From: Verrucomicrobiaceae bacterium
GTDB taxonomy: Bacteria > Verrucomicrobiota > Verrucomicrobiia > Verrucomicrobiales > Akkermansiaceae
Direction: 5' to 3'
DNA: 64,000 bases
Assembly (NCBI GenBank): GCA_051252135.1
Contig: JBPOGH010000001.1
Location: 96,001 to 160,000, forward strand
The position numbers were made by a program, and so were the translations under genes. The notes under the pieces were generated by a model that was not told the DNA's origin, did no database searches, and worked only from the letters and a program-made list of their open reading frames with translations. Within the stretch, counting starts at the first letter, position 1. Each line of letters starts with the position of its first letter. Shown here in pieces: positions 57,235-64,000 of the stretch.

Positions 57235-60200
57235 ATGTATCTCAAATCCCTCCACATCCATGGTTTCAAATCGTTCGCCGACAAAACCTATTTTGAGTTC
57301 CACGAAGGTGTGACCGGAATTGTCGGGCCGAATGGTTGTGGGAAATCCAATGTGGTCGATGCCATTCGGTGGGTACTTGGAGAGACATCGGCCAAAGCTT
57401 TGCGTGGAGGAGAAATGGCAGACGTTATTTTCAACGGTGCTGAGAAGCGAAAGCCACTGGGAATGGCTGAAGTGACTTTGACTCTTGCGAACTGCGAGGA
57501 GGTATTGAAGACGGATCGCAACGAGGTATCGATTACCCGGCGGGTCTATCGTGATGGAAAATCCGACTACCTGATCAATGGGACGATGTGCCGGTTGCGG
57601 GATATTTCCGAACTCTTTATGGACACGGGGATTGGTCGTTCATCCTACTCGATTATGGAGCAGGGAAAGATCGACATGCTGCTTTCAGCCAAGCCGGAAG
57701 ATCGTCGTCAGGTTTTTGAGGAAGCGGCCGGGATCACGAAGTCCAAGAAGGAGAAGCGTGAAGCTCTGCGTAAGCTTGAGTATACCGAAGGGAATCTTTT
57801 GCGGGTGTCTGACGTGTTGGCAGAGCAGGAACGTCGCATGAATTCCCTCAAGCGGCAGGTTTCGAAAGCCCGTCGCTATCAGGCGCTCTCGAAGGATGTT
57901 GGGATTCTTGACACTCACCTGAGTCATCGTGAGTTCGTTCAGCTTAATGCGGAGCGCGAAGAGTTAACCGTCTCTCTGACCTCACTTGAGCGGGAGAGGG
58001 GGAGGATTGAATCCCAGATGCCTGGGCGTGAGAAGGCGGTGGTTGACGCCCGAGACTTGGCACAGGCGTTGGATTCCAAACTTTCGGGATTGCGTCAGCG
58101 ATTGTCTGATAAGAAAAATGCGATTCAGGCTGCCGAGAACCGCATGGCGTTCAATAACGAACGGAAGTCCGAACTTTCGGATCGTCTTGCGAAAAACGAG
58201 AAGGAAATTGCAGAGACGGCGGATCGGCTGGCTGAGCAGAAAGAAAATCTTGATAAGAGTCAGCTTGCGCTGGTGGAGCTTGAGCAGCGGATTCAACAAC
58301 AGGAGAATCATTTCAAGGAGCGCCAGCAAAGCTCTGCGCAGTTAGTTCAGGAGCGGCAGGCGATCGAAAACAATCTGCGTAAAGCGCGAGCCGAAGCGAA
58401 CGCCACCCAGAACATTATCGCTTCTTCTCAAGCCAAGATCGAGAGTGCCCTCTCGCAAATGGAAGGGAACCGGGAACGGATGAAGCAGCTTGAAGAAGAG
58501 GCTGTTCGTCTCCGGGGGGAGAACTCGAAAGCGATTGCAGAACGAGATCAAATTACCAAGCAATTGGAAGAGCATCAAAAACGGGTTCCTGACCTTGAGG
58601 GGGCTCGAGAACGTGCGGAGCGCGAATTCCAATCGGTTCGAGGGTCACTTGATGCAGCTCGAACCGCGGCTTCCGAAATTCATCGTGACCTTGCCAAGAA
58701 GAGTTCCCGACTTGACGTTCTGAGACAACTCATAGCCAGTGGAGAGGGCCTTCAAAAGGGGACCCAGGCAGTGATCAACGGACTCGGTGAGCCCGACTTA
58801 ATTAAGCCGGGAGTGAAAGGAGTTTTGGGCTCTCATCTCAAGGTCCCCGATGAGCATGCACTTGCGATTGAAGCTGCGTTGGGTCACCACTTGCAGGCTG
58901 TCATTGTGCGGGATGATGAGTTGGCCAATGAAATCATCGACCGGTTGATCGAGGGAAAGAAGGGGGAGGCGGCCTTGCTTCCTGAAAGTTATCTCCCGGC
59001 TTCACTGGGGACCCAGATGGAGGCTCTTCCGGAAGGTGCACTTGCCTGGGCTCTCGATATCGTGACTGTCGATGGCAATCTGATTGGCTTGATGGAGCAC
59101 CTTCTCTCGAAGGTTCTAGTGGTTCCCGATCGGGTTGTTGCAGGAAAACTCCGAGGAAGTTATCCGGAGCTCACCTTTGTTACGACTTCAGGAGAAGTGC
59201 TCAGTGCCGAAGGGGTTCTCCGGGGCGGTAGTTCGGGTGGTCAAAAGGACTCGCTCCTTGTTCGTCAAAATGAAGTGTTGGCTCTTGAAGTTGAGACTCA
59301 GGAACTGGAGGTAGCGGAGGTTAATGCGAAGCAGAAGATCGAAGACCTGGAAGCACGTGTGAAAGAGCTGCGTGAGGAAGTTGAGGCAGCCAAGGACAAA
59401 CTGCAGCGTCATAAGGTGGAGGAGTCAACTCTCGTAGGACAGTTGTCCCTTGCCAAAAGGGAGGCTGAAAGCCTAGCCACCAAGGTGGGCAATAACGAAT
59501 GGGAGCGTGAGGAGCTTGGTGGTCGTGAAAAGACCGCTTCCGACAGCCGATCAGCTCTGGAGAACGAATTGGCTCGTGCCCGCGAGAGACTCACGGCTCT
59601 GGAAAACGACAGTCGGCAGCTGCAGCGAAAGGTTGATGAGGTGATGGATCGTGAAAAGTCCGCGCAAGAAGAGCTCAACGAAGCCCGCACTGCTTTGGCG
59701 GTTGAGAAGCAGGCACGCGATTCTGCGGCCCGTGAGCAGCATCCGATGACTTCGCGGATTAATGAATTGACGGAGCTAAATAATCGCCGTGAGCAGGAGA
59801 TCAAGGCCTCCCGTGAGCGGATTGGAAGGGGAGATGGGGAAAATGAGACTTTGATTAAAGAGGTCGAGGGTTACCGGGTCGAAGTGGAAACTGTTTCCAA
59901 GGAGTTGAGTGAGGCAGATGACTCCAGGGCAAAGCTGAAGGAGTTGATCGAAGAAGCCGAATCCCAGCTCACGGAAATTCGCCAAAAGCAGTCCCGGGTA
60001 GGAAATCAAATCGGGAAAGAAGAGGTGTCGGCTACCAAGTTGGATCTCCGGCTGGAAAACCTTGAGAATGCGGTCCTTGAGCGTCACCAAATCGAACTGA
60101 AGGCTTTCCGCCCGGACAGTCATTCTTTGCTTACCTGTATCGCAGAGCGAAAGAAAGCCGAGAAGCGAGGTGGGCGTAACATTGTTTTTGAAGACCCCGA

Positions 60201-61011
60201 TTCTGATGAGGCCCAGGCCCAAAACGAAGAGGTGAGTGATGAACAAGGGGATGAAGAGGAGGTTCAGCTTCCAGTGTCCGAAGAGGGACCGGATTGGGAG
60301 TTTGTGGAAGCGATCGTAGCTGATTTGAAGCGTCGGCTCGACTCCATGGGGCCGGTTAATCTCGATGCCATTGAGGAATACGACGAGCTGGAAGAACGTC
60401 ACACGTTTACCAAAAACCAGCACGATGATTTGGTGAACTCGAAGACCCAACTTTTGGAGATTATTGATCGTATCAATACCGAGTCCGAGCGTCTCTTCGC
60501 AGAGACCTTCAATGCAGTTGCGACCAACTTCAAATCGATGTTTAAAAAGCTCTTTGGGGAGAAAGCGACCGCGGACTTGATTCTTCAAGATGTCGATAAT
60601 CCCCTTGAATGTGGCATTGAGGTGATTGCCAAGCCTCCCGGGAAGAAGCTGCAATCCATTTCGCTGATGTCGGGTGGTGAACGTTCGATGACGGCGGTGG
60701 CATTGCTTTTCTCAATCTACATGGTGAAGCCGAGTCCCTTCTGCGTTCTTGATGAGCTGGACGCCCCATTGGACGAATCAAACATTGGTCGCTTCCTCAA
60801 GGTGCTGGACACGTTCATTGACCAAAGCCAGTTCATTATTGTGACCCACTCCAAGCGCACAATGGAGCGTGCCGATGTGATGTATGGGGTGACGATGGAA
60901 GAGTTTGGAGTTTCGAAGCCCGTAGGAATGCGTCTGACTTCGGACGTCGAGAAGCTCAAAGGGAAGCCGCAAACCGCGGCCCAGAGAGCAGCAATGAAGC
61001 TGGATTCGTAG
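57235..61011 (+). CDS. smc: Chromosome segregation protein SMC
   Basis: GFKSF, GPNGCGKSN, coiled coils and hinge, MSGGE, LDELDAPLD. Start at ATG 57235. Confidence 0.97.
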   Translation: MYLKSLHIHGFKSFADKTYFEFHEGVTGIVGPNGCGKSNVVDAIRWVLGETSAKALRGGEMADVIFNGAEKRKPLGMAEVTLTLANCEEVLKTDRNEVSITRRVYRDGKSDYLINGTMCRLRDISELFMDTGIGRSSYSIMEQGKIDMLLSAKPEDRRQVFEEAAGITKSKKEKREALRKLEYTEGNLLRVSDVLAEQERRMNSLKRQVSKARRYQALSKDVGILDTHLSHREFVQLNAEREELTVSLTSLERERGRIESQMPGREKAVVDARDLAQALDSKLSGLRQRLSDKKNAIQAAENRMAFNNERKSELSDRLAKNEKEIAETADRLAEQKENLDKSQLALVELEQRIQQQENHFKERQQSSAQLVQERQAIENNLRKARAEANATQNIIASSQAKIESALSQMEGNRERMKQLEEEAVRLRGENSKAIAERDQITKQLEEHQKRVPDLEGARERAEREFQSVRGSLDAARTAASEIHRDLAKKSSRLDVLRQLIASGEGLQKGTQAVINGLGEPDLIKPGVKGVLGSHLKVPDEHALAIEAALGHHLQAVIVRDDELANEIIDRLIEGKKGEAALLPESYLPASLGTQMEALPEGALAWALDIVTVDGNLIGLMEHLLSKVLVVPDRVVAGKLRGSYPELTFVTTSGEVLSAEGVLRGGSSGGQKDSLLVRQNEVLALEVETQELEVAEVNAKQKIEDLEARVKELREEVEAAKDKLQRHKVEESTLVGQLSLAKREAESLATKVGNNEWEREELGGREKTASDSRSALENELARARERLTALENDSRQLQRKVDEVMDREKSAQEELNEARTALAVEKQARDSAAREQHPMTSRINELTELNNRREQEIKASRERIGRGDGENETLIKEVEGYRVEVETVSKELSEADDSRAKLKELIEEAESQLTEIRQKQSRVGNQIGKEEVSATKLDLRLENLENAVLERHQIELKAFRPDSHSLLTCIAERKKAEKRGGRNIVFEDPDSDEAQAQNEEVSDEQGDEEEVQLPVSEEGPDWEFVEAIVADLKRRLDSMGPVNLDAIEEYDELEERHTFTKNQHDDLVNSKTQLLEIIDRINTESERLFAETFNAVATNFKSMFKKLFGEKATADLILQDVDNPLECGIEVIAKPPGKKLQSISLMSGGERSMTAVALLFSIYMVKPSPFCVLDELDAPLDESNIGRFLKVLDTFIDQSQFIIVTHSKRTMERADVMYGVTMEEFGVSKPVGMRLTSDVEKLKGKPQTAAQRAAMKLDS

Positions 61012-61016
61012 ATTCC

Positions 61017-62123
61017 TTAGTCACTGAACCTTGTTTTTCGTCTGTATCGTTGACCTGGCAGGGCGGTGATTAAGGCGCGAAGTTCCATCTTCATGAGTGA
61101 GATGGAAACGGTGGCGATCGGGAGTCCGGTTGCTTCGACCAAGTCATCAACCCCGTGTTCATCCCTGCCTAAAGCGGTCAGGATTTTACTCTCCTCTTCG
61201 TTGACTTCGGGAGGTGGCGTTGTTGCTTCTTCGGGTGACTCATTGAGGTTGAGGTATTGGAAGTCTTCCAAAATCTGGGAGCCATCGGTGACCAGTGTCG
61301 CACCTTCGCGAATCAAGTCATGGCAACCTCCGGATGTCGGGCGGTCGATGGGGCCGGGAACGGCATAGACTTGTCGTCCCGCTTCGTTGGCCAAATTGGC
61401 TGTGATCAATGATCCGGAGCGGGAGGGGCACTCGACGACCAGGGTGCCATCGGTCCAGTGGGCGACAATACGGTTGCGTTGTGGAAAGGTTTTTTTATCG
61501 GGAGGCATTTGAAGGGGGAACTCGGAAACGACGGCTCCATGACCGGCGGCGATCTTTTCCGCGAGGCCAAGATTTTCAGGTGGGTAGAGCTGCATTAATC
61601 CCGAACCAATCACTGCGATGGTGCGACCCTTGGCAGCCAAGGCTCCTTCGTGGGCACAAGTGTCGATCCCCCGGGCGAGGCCCGAGGTGATCGTGACTCC
61701 AGCCTGAGCCAGTTGGAACGCGAATTTTCTGGCTGACTCCTTACCATAGTGGGTGGCTCTGCGAGATCCTACGATGGCGATGCCGTGATCGTCGCGTGGT
61801 TTTAAGTCACCCCAAACATAGAGGATGACTGGAGCATCATGTGACTCGAGGAGTCGCTTCGGGTACTCGATATCATCGCGAGTGAGGATCTTAATGTCCC
61901 GTTCCCTAGCCAGATTGATCTCTGCGGTAGGGTCGGCATGAGATTCCCAATCGACAATGAGCTTTGCCGATTCGGGGCCAATTCCAGGAATTGTCTGCAA
62001 CACAGAAAGCGGTGATTTGAGCACCATCATTGCCGAACCACAGGCATCGACCAGCCTTCCGGTTTTTACCGGTCCAATTTTAGGGAGCTGATTCAGGGCA
62101 ATGAGCGCTTCGGCTTCTGTCAT
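61017..62123 (-). CDS. dprA: DNA-processing protein DprA
   Basis: IAIVGSR, SGLARGID, FPQRNRI, SGSLITA, winged-helix tail. Start at ATG 62123. Confidence 0.95.
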   Translation of the reverse strand: MTEAEALIALNQLPKIGPVKTGRLVDACGSAMMVLKSPLSVLQTIPGIGPESAKLIVDWESHADPTAEINLARERDIKILTRDDIEYPKRLLESHDAPVILYVWGDLKPRDDHGIAIVGSRRATHYGKESARKFAFQLAQAGVTITSGLARGIDTCAHEGALAAKGRTIAVIGSGLMQLYPPENLGLAEKIAAGHGAVVSEFPLQMPPDKKTFPQRNRIVAHWTDGTLVVECPSRSGSLITANLANEAGRQVYAVPGPIDRPTSGGCHDLIREGATLVTDGSQILEDFQYLNLNESPEEATTPPPEVNEEESKILTALGRDEHGVDDLVEATGLPIATVSISLMKMELRALITALPGQRYRRKTRFSD

Positions 62124-62272
62124 CTTGAGGAGACTAACAAAACCCTGCCAAATGATGGAAGGCGGGAGGTGGAGGAAAAAAGTGAAATTTCCTCTGCTTT
62201 TTCCCTTGTCATGAGCGAGCGATCGTTGCATTTTCCGCCCGCCTCGCAAGGGGTAACATTATTCCATTAGAA

Positions 62273-62347
62273 TCCTGCGTAGCTCAGCGGTAGAGCGGGT
62301 GACTGTTAATCACTAGGTCCTTGGTTCGATCCCAAGCGCAGGAGCCA
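62273..62347 (+). tRNA. tRNA-Asn (GTT)
   Basis: Acceptor TCCTGCG/CGCAGGA + G-CCA, D arm AGCTCAGCGGTAGAGC, anticodon arm GTGA-CTGTTAA-TCAC, T loop GGTTCGATCC. Confidence 0.97.
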
Positions 62348-62350
62348 TAT

Positions 62351-62391
62351 GAAAGCCCTAATTCCACCATGGATTAGGGCTTTCGCCTTTT
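62351..62391 (+). terminator. Hairpin terminator after tRNA-Asn
   Basis: 12-bp stem GAAAGCCCTAAT/ATTAGGGCTTTC followed by GCCTTTT. Confidence 0.75.
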
Positions 62392-62489
62392 AAGGAATGG
62401 AGATTTGGAGCCGGATGGTGTCGGATTTGCGATAGTCAGGCTGTCCAGCCTTCTTCCTTTCCGAGGATGGAGCGGGCTGAGGGGGTGGG

Positions 62490-62855
62490 TCACTCTGAGA
62501 CCCAAAGGCGGAGAAACCTGGGGCCCTTCGTGGAGTTCTCCCACATTGACTGGCGATCTCGAATGGTGAGGGTTTCTGTCTGGGCGCCGTGATTTCAGGT
62601 CGACCTGACTCGAATCAAAGGACGGGTTTTCCAGTTCTTAAGGTCGTCCGATTCCTTAAGAGCAAATTGAAGCGTTGTATTGGTGATACGTTCGAAGGTG
62701 AGGGTCTGGTAGGGCTGTGTCGCTCCCCCGACTTCAAGCAATTCTATTGCTACTGTAACGAGGGGATTTGATTGGGTCTCCCGGGGAGTGGTTCCCAATC
62801 CGAATTCGAGAAGATTGACGTATCGTTCCCGGAGAGGTGTTTCAATGGGAGTGGA
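62490..62855 (-). pseudogene. Degenerate C-terminal domain in frame behind the sulfatase stop, with an internal TGA at 62595..62597
   Basis: Reads ...VNLLEFGLGTTP...LTFER...ESDDLKNW...*...TETLTIRD...RFLRLWVSE*, which resembles C-termini of verrucomicrobial exported proteins. Confidence 0.6.
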
Positions 62856-64000
62856 TCACCTTGCGGCGTGTCCTTTGAAGCCAAGGGTTGGATCGATGAC
62901 TCTTCCGGTAAGGTCTGGGGAACTGGCATCTTTGGCTAAGGAGATGAGTTCCTTTAGAATGTCCGGATAGGCTTTGGCGACGTTGATCGACTCGGTGATG
63001 TCCTTTGATAAATCAAAAAGCTCGGGATTGCTCCGATCCTTATTGGCAATGAGCTTCCAGTGGTCTTTGCGGATCGCGATTTTCTTCCCGAATTCCCAGT
63101 AGAGGAAATCATGTTCTTCTTGTTCTCCTTTACCAAGGAGGGCAGGAAGGAATGAGATGCCATCAATATTTGGAGGTAGGGAGCTCCCGGAGATATTGGC
63201 CAAGGTGGGCATGACATCAGGGAAGTAGCCGAGGTGATCTGAGGTGGTTCCCGGAGCGATCATCCCAGGCCAGCGGACCATGAAGGGGACACGGAGTCCA
63301 CCTTCATTGAGATTGCCTTTTCCACCACGGAAGACTTCTCCGCTAGCTGGGTTGGTATTGGGTTTGAAAAAGCCGTTGGGGTGTTTTTTGTCCAAGAAGA
63401 CCTTGGTGTTGGCCCCATTGTCGCCGCAGAGGAATACGATGGTGTTGTCGTCCACCCCAAGGTTCTTGAGGAGTTTTAAGATATCGCCGATTTGCCGATC
63501 AGCCATGTCTACAAAGGCGGCATAACGTTGGGCTTCATCGGGTGGAGCGACTTTTCCCTTGTGGTGTTGGGGTGCCTTCCAGTCGTTACCTTTAAACTTG
63601 AGGTATGAAGGGTCGTCTTCCGGGATGCCATAGTAAGCGTGTGGAATGGTGTAGGGGAGGTAGGCGAAAAAAGGCTCTTTCCCGGCGTGTTCTCTGATAA
63701 ATTCCTGAGCCTTTTCGTGAATCAACGACTGGGCAAAGGTCTCCCCTTTGAAGGGATGACCGGAGTTACCGGGAAGGGGGATTTTGTCCCCGTTATGGAC
63801 AAGATAATTGGGATAATAGGTGTGGGCGTGAACCTGGTGGTAGTAGCCAAAGAATTGATCGAAGCCCTGTTGTTCGGCCGCGCCGGTAGTGCCGCGGTCT
63901 CCGAGGCCCCACTTTCCGAAGCCTCCGGTGGCGTAACCCGCGACCTTGAGCATCTCTGCGATCGTGAAGTCCTCATCACGGAGTGGTTCGGTACCGCCAT
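62856..64000 (-). CDS. Sulfatase (arylsulfatase family), N-terminus beyond the window end
   Basis: TIAEMLK.AGYATGGFGKWGLG, GFDQFFG, PH, GDNG, RGGKG...EGGLRVP, ELFDL..D..E. Frame is open to the window edge. Confidence 0.93.
   Translation of the reverse strand, partial: GGTEPLRDEDFTIAEMLKVAGYATGGFGKWGLGDRGTTGAAEQQGFDQFFGYYHQVHAHTYYPNYLVHNGDKIPLPGNSGHPFKGETFAQSLIHEKAQEFIREHAGKEPFFAYLPYTIPHAYYGIPEDDPSYLKFKGNDWKAPQHHKGKVAPPDEAQRYAAFVDMADRQIGDILKLLKNLGVDDNTIVFLCGDNGANTKVFLDKKHPNGFFKPNTNPASGEVFRGGKGNLNEGGLRVPFMVRWPGMIAPGTTSDHLGYFPDVMPTLANISGSSLPPNIDGISFLPALLGKGEQEEHDFLYWEFGKKIAIRKDHWKLIANKDRSNPELFDLSKDITESINVAKAYPDILKELISLAKDASSPDLTGRVIDPTLGFKGHAAR

Noticed and set aside
1..64000. CRISPR arrays, IS elements, rRNA, toxin-antitoxin or defence islands
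   Set aside because: No regularly spaced repeats, transposase/integrase motifs or rRNA-like tracts seen; intergenic spaces are short.

Overview
Gene-dense, mostly housekeeping chromosomal window. It is very probably from a Verrucomicrobiota (Verrucomicrobiales-like) bacterium, inferred from the PEP-CTERM protein, ECF sigma/Ser-Thr kinase pair, sulfatase and overall gene style. Recognisable genes: pilT x2, yqjD/E/K-like trio, M1 aminopeptidase, trpD, nuoDEF, PTS IIA-argS-proBA, an Fe3+-type ABC transporter, exbB-exbD-TPR, uvrC, serA, ilvD, dnaX, msrC, lipB, polX, glgB, glnD, an L,D-transpeptidase, a GT2 glycosyltransferase, smc, dprA, tRNA-Asn(GTT) and a sulfatase cut by the window edge. I saw no CRISPR array, transposase, integrase or prophage. 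Best leads: (1) two NrdR-box-like sites 31 bp apart over a candidate smc promoter; (2) a zinc-ribbon membrane protein gene next to the pilT pair, split by an A9 run, where a -1 shift gives a ~526-aa product; (3) an ECF sigma with no anti-sigma, coupled to a Ser/Thr kinase with a duplicated PEGA+FGE ectodomain and to OsmC, with a divergent uncharacterised gene pair; (4) NuoE with a three-fold N-terminal repeat; (5) an in-frame C-terminal domain behind the sulfatase, interrupted by TGA codons; (6) a structured leader heading a seven-gene run. All calls come from motif recognition; no database searches were run.
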